Positions 1 to 7,739 of a stretch of DNA of 64,000 bases are shown piece after piece. Below the pieces are notes generated by a model. The model saw only the letters and a list, made by a program, of their open reading frames with translations, ran no database searches and had not been told where the DNA came from. Within the stretch, counting starts at the first letter, position 1, and each line of letters begins with the position of its first letter. The stretch is from an uncultured Dehalococcoidia bacterium (lineage in GTDB: Bacteria; Chloroflexota; Dehalococcoidia; Lucifugimonadales; Australimonadaceae): positions 11,602 through 75,601 of the forward strand of contig CAZLKC010000002.1 of the NCBI GenBank assembly GCA_964560025.1, written 5' to 3'. The position numbers and the translations under genes were made by a program.

Positions 1-861
1 CAGCGGCCATGGCAGCGCGGTCAACGCCGGGCGCCGCCACTGCGTCCAGCCGGGGCCGCGCCGCTCGCCCCCGCGAATAGCGTCGCGCGCAGCCTGCGCC
101 AGGTAGTCGTCGTCCGCCCGCGCAGCCTGCGCGAAGCGCGCCAAGGCGCGACGCACGTCCGGATTGACCCTCGCCAGTTCGTCGAGCGCGCGATGGCGGA
201 CGCGGTTGCGAGCGTAGCGCAACGCGCGGTTCGTCGCGTCGGATGCGGGCGTTGCGCCCTGCTCGACGCACACAGCCTCCGTGTCTGCGCGGGAGACGTC
301 CAAGAAGGGGCGAAGGAGGCGCAGCGGGCGGCCTCCGGCGCTGCGGACGCTCCACTCGCGCATCCCCGCTGCGCCGCGCAGGCCGCTGCCCCGCGTCAAC
401 CGAAGCAACACCGTCTCAGCCTGGTCGTCCAGCGTGTGAGCGGTGAGCATCGCGCTCGCGCCATAACGGGCCGCCGTCTCTGCGAGGAAGGCGTAGCGCA
501 ACTCGCGGGCTGCCTCCTCGATGGACGCGCCTGTCCGCTTAGCGTGCGCCGCCGCGTCTCCCGCGCCCTCCTCGAACGCCCAACCCAGTGCGGCGGCGGC
601 GGCGCGCACCAAGGCCGCCTCCTTGCGGTCGGCGCGGGGCCGCAGCCCGTGGGCGAAGCGTGCGACGATGGGCGGCTCCGTCTCCACGCCGCACGCCGCC
701 AGCGCGAACAACAGCGCCAGCGAATCCGCCCCTCCCGAGACGGCGGCGACCAGCGGGCCACTCCCGACGGCGCGCGCGTGACGGCGCAGAGCGGCGGCCA
801 CTGCGTGGGCGGCGCGGGCGGTCGCCGGTCGCCGCTTCTCGCCCCCTTCAGTCGCTCTCAC
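1..861 (-). CDS. tilS: tRNA(Ile)-lysidine synthase, C-terminal part runs off the window edge (partial)
   Basis: Absent from the ORF track (no stop in window). My reverse-strand translation from GTG at 861 gives VAAVSGGADSLALLFALAA (PP-loop SGGxDS), LTAHTLDDQAETVLLRLTRGSGLRG and YARNRVRH, typical of TilS. Confidence 0.85.
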   Translation of the reverse strand, partial: MRATEGGEKRRPATARAAHAVAAALRRHARAVGSGPLVAAVSGGADSLALLFALAACGVETEPPIVARFAHGLRPRADRKEAALVRAAAAALGWAFEEGAGDAAAHAKRTGASIEEAARELRYAFLAETAARYGASAMLTAHTLDDQAETVLLRLTRGSGLRGAAGMREWSVRSAGGRPLRLLRPFLDVSRADTEAVCVEQGATPASDATNRALRYARNRVRHRALDELARVNPDVRRALARFAQAARADDDYLAQAARDAIRGGERRGPGWTQWRRPALTALPWPL

Positions 862-938
862 GCTGCTCGTCCGTCGCCCATCGCATAAGCGCGATGGTAG
901 CAGGGGCCTCCGCCCACGCGCCCATCTCATCTCCTCCA

Positions 939-964
939 TTCGCCCTGAGGGGACTCGAAGGGCG
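939..964 (-). repeat. REP-like hairpin repeat, copy 1 (reverse orientation)
   Basis: ttcgccctgaggggactcgaagggcg is the reverse complement of the family consensus CGCCCTTCGAGTTCCCTCAGGGCGAA; intergenic. Confidence 0.6.
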
Positions 965-1167
965 GACATGACGGTAGTTCAATCCCCTGTAGGGGAGATA
1001 GGCAGATCGCCCTTTCCTCGCCGCCCTCTTATCCGTTGCCATTATGACATTCTCCCGTTGCGCAAACCGCATACCTGTGCAACCCTACCCCTATGAAAGC
1101 TCGTGTCCTCATTCGGCTGTTCCTCTCCGGCCTTCTCCGCCGCCCTGCGGCGGCCGAGCCCACTGCC

Positions 1168-1272
1168 GCAATGTGTAACGCCGCCGCTCGCCGCTGCCAC
1201 GGATCTGCCGTGCGGTCGTGCCTCGCTGGTGCGCCGCCACTCAGATTCCCCCGCGTAAGAGTTACACATTGC
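1168..1272. other. Perfect 12-bp inverted repeat pair (gcaatgtgtaac / gttacacattgc) enclosing 81 nt
   Basis: Arms at 1168-1179 and 1261-1272 in the 534-bp non-coding gap between tilS and the CNNM gene; followed on the plus strand by tacacttttt. Confidence 0.3.
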
Positions 1273-1395
1273 TACACTTTTTCACGAAAATCACAGAGCA
1301 GCCGGGCTGCCGGACGAATCGAGGCGCGGTTCCCGCTCCCCGCTTTCACGCGAACAGCGGAGGAGGATACGGAGAAGGATGGGAAAAGGCGCGGA

Positions 1396-2673
1396 TTAGG
1401 TGGAGGGGTCTTCGGCGGGGGCGTCGGAGATGAGGACGCGCTCGATGCGCACGCCGCGCATCTCGGCGACGCGGATGACGCGCCCCGCGACCGTTGCCGA
1501 TGCGCCGACCTCCGGCACCCGGCCAAGCGCCTCCATCACGAGACCTGCGATGGTGTCGTACTCGCCCGTCGGCAGCCGCAGGCCGTGGCGCTCATTGGCC
1601 TCCGCGATGGACAAACCTGCGTCCACCTCGAACGCGCTCGCGCCCATAGGCACGACCTCCGCCTCTTCGTGCGGCTCGTCGGCGCCGGAGGTGGAGCCGA
1701 CGATGCCCTCGACGAGGCGGCGCAGCGTAACCAGCCCGGCTATGTCGCCGAACTCGTCGGCGACAATTGCTATTTGCTGGCGCATTGCCTGCATCTCCGC
1801 GAGCAGGTCGCGCGCGGGCTTGGTCTCCGGCACGAAGTGCACCTCGCGGAGCGTGTCGGTTACGGGCGTGTCGAGCGGCGCCCCGGCGGCGAGAGACTGC
1901 ATCACGTCCTTCACCGACACCATCCCCGCCACGTCGCCGGTGGCCGCCGAGCGCACGGGAAAGCGCGTATGCGGATGGGCGGCGTAGAGGCGCAGGAAGT
2001 CGGCGGTGCTCGTGCCCTCCTCTACCCACACCATCTCCGGCCGGGGCGTCATCACCTCGCGCACGCGGCGGTCACCCGCCTCGAAGACGCGGCGGATCAT
2101 CTCTGCCTCCTCCTCCTCCACCTCACCCGCTTGCCGTCCGAGAGAGACCATCGTCTTGATCTCCTCCTCGGTTACGATGGAGCGCGGCCTGCCGCCGACG
2201 ACCCTGGCCACGCCGGAACTGATGGCCTGGAGGACGTAGGAAGCGGGGAGCAGCAGGAGGCTAACCAGGCGGACGGGAAGGCTGAGAATCATGGCGGCGC
2301 GCTCCGGGTTGCGGGCGGCCACCGTCTTGGGAATCGTCTCGCCGAAGACGAGCAGCGCCGTGGTTACGGCGGCGGTGGCGGCGATGACCGCCTGCCCCTC
2401 GTCCCGCAGCAGGGCGATGGCGATGGTGGTCGCTATCGCGGCGGCAGCGGTGTTGACGAGGTTGTTGCCCAGTAGGATGGGCGGCAGCAATCGCTCGGGG
2501 TGCTCCGTCATCTGCGCGACGCGCGCGGCGGCGGCGCTGCCGCTGTTCACCAGCGCTTGGATGCGCACGCGCTGCACGGCGAGCAGAGCGGCCTCCGAAC
2601 CGGAGAAGAAGGCGGAGAGCACGAGCAGCACCCCCAAAAGGACAAGGCTCAAGGTGCTCGTATCGTCCAACAT
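1396..2673 (-). CDS. CNNM/CorC-family membrane protein (DUF21 + CBS pair + CorC/HlyC C-terminal domain)
   Basis: 425 aa. N-terminal TM region LSAFFSGSEAALLAV, GNNLVN motif, CBS-like middle, C-terminal transporter-associated domain. Confidence 0.85.
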   Translation of the reverse strand: MLDDTSTLSLVLLGVLLVLSAFFSGSEAALLAVQRVRIQALVNSGSAAAARVAQMTEHPERLLPPILLGNNLVNTAAAAIATTIAIALLRDEGQAVIAATAAVTTALLVFGETIPKTVAARNPERAAMILSLPVRLVSLLLLPASYVLQAISSGVARVVGGRPRSIVTEEEIKTMVSLGRQAGEVEEEEAEMIRRVFEAGDRRVREVMTPRPEMVWVEEGTSTADFLRLYAAHPHTRFPVRSAATGDVAGMVSVKDVMQSLAAGAPLDTPVTDTLREVHFVPETKPARDLLAEMQAMRQQIAIVADEFGDIAGLVTLRRLVEGIVGSTSGADEPHEEAEVVPMGASAFEVDAGLSIAEANERHGLRLPTGEYDTIAGLVMEALGRVPEVGASATVAGRVIRVAEMRGVRIERVLISDAPAEDPST

Positions 2674-2688
2674 CGGCGTCTCTCTCGG

Positions 2689-2804
2689 CCCACTGGTTCC
2701 CAGGTTGGGCGGGATGGTAGCATGTGCCTGTCGCGGCGTAACGGCCTCAATGGTGCCGCCGCCGCGCTCCGCGCGCTCCTCCCATGCTCATCCTCGGCAT
2801 CGAG
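2689..2804 (+). repeat. 116-bp direct repeat, left copy (relic tsaD promoter region plus first 7 tsaD codons)
   Basis: Gapless alignment to 3472-3587 with 11 mismatches by hand. Contains ATGCTCATCCTCGGCATCGAG (MLILGIE), then a stop after 4 more codons. Confidence 0.85.
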
Positions 2805-2841
2805 GGAAAGCGCGTGTAGCGTGTGGTCGCGTGGAGCACAC

Positions 2842-3429
2842 CTATGTGTCGAGGAGGCCGAGCCGCTTGAGCCTCGTCTCAATAGCGGATGGCTGGCGAC
2901 CCAGGTCCGCCGCAATCTCTGCAATCCGCCTGCCTGCGGCAAAGGCTTTCGTGAGAAACGCTTCCTCTCCCAGCGACCAAGGCTCGTACGCACGCGAGTA
3001 GGTACGGCGCAACTTCTCAGGCCACGCGTCTCGTGCGCCCGGCTGTGGTCTCGCCAGTGGGCTATTGCCTGGCTGCTCGGACTGGGGTCTAGGACCTTGC
3101 CGGGTCGACTGTTCAATCAAGAGGGCGCGCAGGTTCTGGCAAGCACGAGGGTGGCGTGCTCGGCGCAGGGCTCTCTTTTCGATTTGCCGGATGCGTTCCC
3201 TTGTGAGGCCGAAGAAGTCTCCGATTTGCTGGAGTGTTTGTCTTTGGCCGTAGGTAGTGCTGTAGCGCATCCGCAAAACAGTGGCGTCCCGCTTGGGGAG
3301 CGCGGCAAGGATATTCTCCACTTCCTCTCTGACCTGTCCCAACGCCTCCGGTTCAACAGTGGCGTCGTCCCCAAACAACGCCTCTATGAGGCTATACACA
3401 TTGGGGCGTTGATGCTCAAGCGCTGCCAA
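2842..3429 (-). CDS. Sigma-70 region 4-like HTH protein with a second Myb/SANT-like HTH; no sigma region 2
   Basis: 195 aa. LPKRDATVLRMRYS...QTLQQIGDFFGLTRERIRQIEKRALRRARHP resembles the RpoD C-terminal region 4. The C-terminal WSLGEEAFLTKAFAAGRRIAEIAADLGRQPSAIETRLKRLGL is Myb-like. Confidence 0.7.
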   Translation of the reverse strand: MAALEHQRPNVYSLIEALFGDDATVEPEALGQVREEVENILAALPKRDATVLRMRYSTTYGQRQTLQQIGDFFGLTRERIRQIEKRALRRARHPRACQNLRALLIEQSTRQGPRPQSEQPGNSPLARPQPGARDAWPEKLRRTYSRAYEPWSLGEEAFLTKAFAAGRRIAEIAADLGRQPSAIETRLKRLGLLDT

Positions 3430-3471
3430 CGCGATGTCCTCACCAGGGCACGGTCCCCTTGGAGGTGGTGC

Positions 3472-3587
3472 CCCACTGGTTCCTAGGTTGAGCGCGATGG
3501 TAGCATGTGGCTGCCGCGGCGTAACAGCCTCAATAGCGCTGCCGCCGCGCTTCGCGCGCTCCTCCTATGCTCATCCTCGGCATCGAG
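3472..3587 (+). repeat. 116-bp direct repeat, right copy (functional tsaD upstream region and start)
   Basis: See 2689-2804; this copy continues in frame into full-length tsaD. Confidence 0.85.
3498..3506 (+). promoter_or_regulatory. Extended -10-like element TGGTAGCAT upstream of tsaD (also at 2715-2723 in the relic copy)
   Basis: TGnTAnnnT pattern about 60 nt upstream of the tsaD ATG, an AT-rich hexamer in GC-rich context; no clear -35. Confidence 0.3.
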
Positions 3588-4586
3588 ACCTCCTGCGACG
3601 AGACGGCGGCTGCGGTCGTCGCCGATGGCGCGCGCATCCTGTCCGACGTGGTCGCCACGCAGATCGACATCCACGCCCGCTACGGCGGCATAGTGCCGGA
3701 AGTCGCCTCCCGCCAACACTTGCTGCAGATCATCCCCGTCATCGAGCGCGCGCTATCGGACGCGGGCGCTACGCTCGACGATCTCGACGCGGTGGGCGTT
3801 ACGCACGGGCCGGGCCTCGCCGGGGCGCTGATGGTGGGCGTGAACGCGGCCAAGGCCATCGCCTACGCCAAGAACCTGCCGCTGGTGGGCGTGCACCACC
3901 TCGAGGGGCACACCTACGCCGCGTGGCTCGAACGGGACGACCCTGCCGTCGAGCCCGGCTTCCCCCTCGTCGTGCTGATCGCGTCGGGCGCGCACACGCA
4001 CCTGGTGCTGATGCGCGGCCATGGCGACTACGAACTGCTAGGCCAAACGCGGGACGACGCGTCAGGCGAGGCGTTCGACAAGGCGGCGCGCATCCTGGGA
4101 CTCGGCTTCCCCGGCGGCCCCGCCATCCAGAAAGTTGCGGATGGCGTGCGCCCCAGCGTCGTCTTTCCCCGCGCGTGGCTTGGCGGCAGCCTCGACTTTA
4201 GCTTCAGCGGCCTGAAGACAGCGCTGCTCTACAAGGCGCAAGAAGAAGGCTTGTGGCCCGAGCCCGACGGCGACGACAATGCCGATGTCGTGGCGGAGTT
4301 GGCCGCCGCTTTCCAGGAGGCGGTGGTGGACGTGGTGGCCGAGAAGGCGGCGGACGCGGTGGAGCGCACCGGCGCGTCAGGCCTCATCCTTGGCGGCGGC
4401 GTGAGCGCCAACAAGCGCCTGCGCGAGGAGTGCACGGCGCGCGCCAACGTCCCCGTCATCGTCCCGCCGCCCAAGCTCTGCACCGACAACGGCGCGATGA
4501 TCGCGGGCGCCGCCTTCTTCCGCCTCCAACGCGCCGCCCCATCCTCCGACGACCTAGACGCCGTGCCCAACCTGGTGATGGCGTGA
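3567..4586 (+). CDS. tsaD: tRNA N6-adenosine threonylcarbamoyltransferase
   Basis: 339 aa. MLILGIETSCDETAAAVV, HLEGH, GPGL.GAL, GGVSAN motifs of Kae1/Gcp/TsaD. Confidence 0.95.
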   Translation: MLILGIETSCDETAAAVVADGARILSDVVATQIDIHARYGGIVPEVASRQHLLQIIPVIERALSDAGATLDDLDAVGVTHGPGLAGALMVGVNAAKAIAYAKNLPLVGVHHLEGHTYAAWLERDDPAVEPGFPLVVLIASGAHTHLVLMRGHGDYELLGQTRDDASGEAFDKAARILGLGFPGGPAIQKVADGVRPSVVFPRAWLGGSLDFSFSGLKTALLYKAQEEGLWPEPDGDDNADVVAELAAAFQEAVVDVVAEKAADAVERTGASGLILGGGVSANKRLREECTARANVPVIVPPPKLCTDNGAMIAGAAFFRLQRAAPSSDDLDAVPNLVMA

Positions 4587-5254
4587 GCGCCTCCTCCTCC
4601 ATCGTTCCTGTGAAGGCGGGAACCTACCTAGGCAGGGTGGTCGCCGTCGCGAAGACGAAGGCGGGGCGCAACGCCGCGCTCTACCGCGTCTCCAGCCGCT
4701 CCTTTCCCAATCGCCGCGCCGTGCCGGCGGACGGCGCCGTCGTCATCCTCCCGCGCGAGGGCGCCGAGGACGACGCGGCGCGCAACCCTTACGTGTCTTA
4801 CAACGCCGTCAGAATCGCCGGACAATGGGCGGTCGCTGCCAACGGCGCCCACGCCGACCCTATCGCCGAGAAGCTCGCGGGCGGCGCGCCCCCCAAGGAC
4901 GCGCTGGCGCTTACCCTGCTTACGATGGACTACGAGCGCGACCACCTGCGCACGCCGCGCATCGCGGCGGTAGTCCCAGTCGAGGGAGACGAGGCGTGGT
5001 TGGGCGTGGTGCGCGCCGACGGCCTCCAAGTCCAGGCCGTGCGCCTCGAGGCGGGCGTCGCCGTCTACCTGGCCACCTACGAGGCAAGCAGCGTAACGCC
5101 GCAACAACGCAGCGAGTTCGACGCGGCGGACGCGGACGAGGCGGCGCGGTTCGCCATCGAGGGCGGCGCGTTCGCCGCAATGCCCCACCCGGTTACGAGC
5201 GCCGCCGCCCTAGCAGACCCGCGCGGCTTCGCGCTAGGAACGGCGCTTGCGTAA
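4583..5254 (+). CDS. IMP cyclohydrolase-like protein (PurO family)
   Basis: GTG at 4583 overlaps the tsaD stop (GTGA). Product has YLGRVVAVAKTKAGRNAALYRVSSRSFPNRRAV, matching the archaeal-type PurO N-terminus as I remember it. Confidence 0.7.
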   Translation: MSASSSIVPVKAGTYLGRVVAVAKTKAGRNAALYRVSSRSFPNRRAVPADGAVVILPREGAEDDAARNPYVSYNAVRIAGQWAVAANGAHADPIAEKLAGGAPPKDALALTLLTMDYERDHLRTPRIAAVVPVEGDEAWLGVVRADGLQVQAVRLEAGVAVYLATYEASSVTPQQRSEFDAADADEAARFAIEGGAFAAMPHPVTSAAALADPRGFALGTALA

Positions 5255-5263
5255 GAGCGGCCT

Positions 5264-5314
5264 CCGTTCGGCCTGAGGCCTCTTCCCGTTCATCCCGAGG
5301 GCAATCGAAGGGCG
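5264..5314 (-). repeat. REP-like repeat, copy 2 (two adjacent degenerate half copies, reverse orientation)
   Basis: ccgttcggcctgagg ... ccgttcatcccgagggcaatcgaagggcg, between the convergent PurO-like and cvpA genes. Confidence 0.5.
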
Positions 5315-5337
5315 AATACAGCCCGTTCCCCCGTCTC

Positions 5338-5871
5338 TTACCCCTCGCCCGTTCCGCTCTGCACTAGTTCCGTCGTCTTGTCTAGCAGATTCTTCACGTC
5401 GTCGAACTCCACGGGGAGCAGGGCGCGGAAGAAGGAGGTCGCCTCGAGCAGCGGCGAGGCGAGCGTGGAGTCGGCCACCGCGTCTTGCACCGACTCCGAC
5501 GGGAGGATGCCCAGCAGCGTAACGAACGTTACGGTGGAGATGACGCCCACGATCAGCCCCAGCGCCAACCCTCCCAGCCTGTCTACCCAGCCGAGCAGCA
5601 GCAGGCTCATGCTCTTCTTGAGCAGGTTGCCCGCGACCCACGCGCCGACCATAACGGCGACGAAGAGCGCGATGAAGGCGAGCGTGCGTTGCTGGCTCTC
5701 GTTGTCGAGGAAGGTGAAGGCGGGCGCGAGGGAGCCGTAGGCGCGGCTGGCGATGATGGCCGCCAAGACGGCGCCGATCAGCATTGCGGCCCAGCGGATG
5801 ACGCCGGTGCGCACGCCCATGATGGCCGACCCGGTGAGGCCGGTGAGGATGACGATGTCCACCCAGTTCAT
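5338..5871 (-). CDS. cvpA: CvpA-family membrane protein
   Basis: Start moved to the internal ATG (MNWVDIVILTGLTGSAIMGVRTG...). Four hydrophobic segments, typical CvpA N-terminus; upstream part of the track ORF is Arg-rich. Confidence 0.75.
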   Translation of the reverse strand: MNWVDIVILTGLTGSAIMGVRTGVIRWAAMLIGAVLAAIIASRAYGSLAPAFTFLDNESQQRTLAFIALFVAVMVGAWVAGNLLKKSMSLLLLGWVDRLGGLALGLIVGVISTVTFVTLLGILPSESVQDAVADSTLASPLLEATSFFRALLPVEFDDVKNLLDKTTELVQSGTGEG

Positions 5872-5893
5872 ACGCTTGTGAGACCTCCGTCGG

Positions 5894-6097
5894 TTAGCCG
5901 CCGCCCACGGGGCGGACGATCTCCACGTGGTCGCCGTCTTGCAGGCGCACGGCATCGAAGGCGGCGCGCTCCAGCACCTCTCCGTTGCGCGCCACGGCGA
6001 TGTAGCGCCGGTCGAAGCCCAGGGACGCCAGGTACGCGCCGACGCTCAGCGGCGCGTCCAGCGCGCGCGCCTCGCCGTTGATGGTCAGGCGTATCAC
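5894..6097 (-). CDS. thiS: Sulfur carrier protein ThiS
   Basis: 67 aa from GTG at 6097: [10 protein letters not shown]...DGDHVEIVRPVGGG (C-terminal GG). 4-nt overlap with the thiE stop. Confidence 0.8.
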   Translation of the reverse strand: MIRLTINGEARALDAPLSVGAYLASLGFDRRYIAVARNGEVLERAAFDAVRLQDGDHVEIVRPVGGG

Positions 6098-6750
6098 GTC
6101 GTCTCCCCGGGGCGCGAACGCCACGCCGCCTCCAACGCTTCGCGCAGCGCCAGCGCCGCTTGGCCTGGGTCGTCGGCTGCCAGCACCGCGCGAATCACCG
6201 CGGCGCCGCTTGCGCCCGCCTCGACGGCCTCGCCGACGTTGGCCGCCGTAACGCCGCCCACCGCCAGCACGGGAACGCTCAGCGCGCCTGCGACTGCGTG
6301 CACCAGACCCGCGCCCGCGGGCGGCTCGCCGGGGTGTGTGAGCGTGGCGAACATCGCGCCCGCCTGGACGAGGTGCGCTCCGTCCGCCTCCGCCTGCCGC
6401 GCCGTCTCCACGTCGTGGACGGAGCGCCCGACCAACAGGCCCGGGCGTTGCTGGCGGACGGAGGCGACGGGGCGGGACGCCTCGCCGAGGTGCACGCCGT
6501 CGGCGCGCACGGCCTCGGCGATGGAGGCGCTGTCGTTGACGAACAGCATCGCGCGCCCTTTGGTGAGGTCGCGCAGGCGTCGGGCGAGGGTGAATTGCTC
6601 GGCGTCGGGCAGGTCCTTCTCGCGCATCTGCACGATGTCCACCGCGCCCGTGTCGAGCGCCGCGTCGAGCGCGTCGAGCAGCGGCTCGACTCCCCCCGCC
6701 GCGTCGCGGTTGGTGACGACCGACAGAAGCGGTGGGCGCAGCGTGGTCAC
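6094..6750 (-). CDS. thiE: Thiamine-phosphate synthase
   Basis: GTG at 6750 overlaps the thiG stop. [34 protein letters not shown] motifs of ThiE. Confidence 0.85.
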   Translation of the reverse strand: MTTLRPPLLSVVTNRDAAGGVEPLLDALDAALDTGAVDIVQMREKDLPDAEQFTLARRLRDLTKGRAMLFVNDSASIAEAVRADGVHLGEASRPVASVRQQRPGLLVGRSVHDVETARQAEADGAHLVQAGAMFATLTHPGEPPAGAGLVHAVAGALSVPVLAVGGVTAANVGEAVEAGASGAAVIRAVLAADDPGQAALALREALEAAWRSRPGETT

Positions 6751-7529
6751 GTGGAGGAGATGACCCCGGCCAGAGGACTGCTGGGTTGGGCGTACTCTTG
6801 GCGCGTGATGCGTCCGGCCAGATGCGCCTTGCGCCCCGCCTCCACTCCTTGGCGGAAGGCGTCGGCCATAAGCGCCGGGTCTTTGGCGCGGGCGATGGCG
6901 GTGTTGACCAGCACCGCGTCCGCGCCCATCTCCATCGCTTGCGCCGCATCCGATGGCACCGCGAGGCCCGCGTCTACGACCACCGGCACGGATGCCTGCT
7001 CGATGATGATGCCAATCTCCTCCGCCGTGTGGATGCCCTGGCCGGAGCCGATTGCCGAGCCTAGCGGCATCACCGCCGCGCACCCCGCCTCCTCCAACTG
7101 GCGCGCCAACACCGGGTCGGCGTGGATGTAGGGCAGCACGGTGAAGCCCTCGGCCACCAGCGCTTTAGCCGCCTCCAGCGTCCCCACAGGGTCGGGCAGC
7201 AGGTATTTTGCCTCGGGCTGAACCTCCAACTTGATCAGGTTGGGCAGGCCCATAGAGCGGGCGAGGCGGGCGGTGATCAGCGCCTCCTCGACCGTGCGGC
7301 AGCCGGCGGTGTTGGGGAGGATGGTGTAGCGCGCCGGGTCTACGTCGTCGAGGATGGAGCGCTCGGCGGGGTCGTCGAGGTTGAGGCGGCGGATGGCGAC
7401 GGTGACCATCTGCGCGCCGGAGGCACCGAGGGAGGCGCGGAGCTCGTCCGGGCCGCGGTGGCGGCCGGTGCCGACGATGAGGCGCGAGGTGAAGGTGAAT
7501 CCGCCGATGTTGAGCGGCTCGTCTTGCAT
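6747..7529 (-). CDS. thiG: Thiazole synthase
   Basis: Start at the internal ATG ([22 protein letters not shown]...). [24 protein letters not shown] motifs of ThiG. Confidence 0.9.
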   Translation of the reverse strand: MQDEPLNIGGFTFTSRLIVGTGRHRGPDELRASLGASGAQMVTVAIRRLNLDDPAERSILDDVDPARYTILPNTAGCRTVEEALITARLARSMGLPNLIKLEVQPEAKYLLPDPVGTLEAAKALVAEGFTVLPYIHADPVLARQLEEAGCAAVMPLGSAIGSGQGIHTAEEIGIIIEQASVPVVVDAGLAVPSDAAQAMEMGADAVLVNTAIARAKDPALMADAFRQGVEAGRKAHLAGRITRQEYAQPSSPLAGVISST

Positions 7530-7581
7530 TGCCCCCTCGACGAACAGAGCGCTGCCCCGGATTCGCGGAGCGCGGTTTAGC

Positions 7582-7610
7582 AGCGTAGCACCGGGGCGGG
7601 TAAGGGTCAA
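7582..7610 (-). promoter_or_regulatory. Sigma-70-like promoter for thiG-thiE-thiS (TTGACC-N17-TACGCT on the minus strand)
   Basis: Reverse complement reads TTGACC (7610-7605), a 17-nt spacer, TACGCT (7587-7582); about 50 nt upstream of the thiG ATG. Confidence 0.4.
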
Positions 7611-7637
7611 ACGCGCGCCTCCCTCGTTCGCCCCACC

Positions 7638-7677
7638 CCCCTTCGTTCGCCCTCCCGAATTCCCTCAGGGCGAACGG
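7638..7677 (+). repeat. REP-like hairpin repeat, copy 3 (explicit 9-bp stem gttcgccct / agggcgaac)
   Basis: cccttcgttcgccctcccgaattccctcagggcgaacgg in the divergent thiG/lhr intergenic region. Confidence 0.65.
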
Positions 7678-7739
7678 AGGGGCGTACGACAGGCGGGGCT
7701 TGGCGGCGCTGGTATGCTTGGGAGGCTATGGAGGCAGGG

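Noticed and set aside
960-1000. Possible tRNA T-loop-like string (gtagttcaatcccc) in the tilS/CNNM gap.
   Set aside because: No flanking 5-bp T stem, acceptor stem or anticodon arm could be drawn. I recognised no tRNA cloverleaf anywhere in the window's intergenic regions, though I cannot run tRNAscan.
1093-2475. Long track ORFs antisense to, or out of frame with, real genes. Examples: 1093-2475 (+), the upstream part of 5894-6949 (-), 17824-19674 (+), 22383-24950 (+), the upstream part of 32526-34676 (-), 36386-37738 (-), 51521-53059 (-) and 62261-63811 (-).
   Set aside because: Their products are Arg/Ala/Pro/Gly-rich low-complexity strings with no motifs. They overlap genes that carry clear family signatures. 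Stop codons are rare in ~70% GC DNA, so such ORFs arise by chance.
7530-7727. TPP (THI-box) riboswitch upstream of thiG.
   Set aside because: Reading the minus strand, I found no CUGAGA or ACCUGAUCUGGAUAAUGCCAGCG-like core. The leader after the predicted promoter is too short (~45-50 nt). A cmsearch with RF00059 would be decisive.
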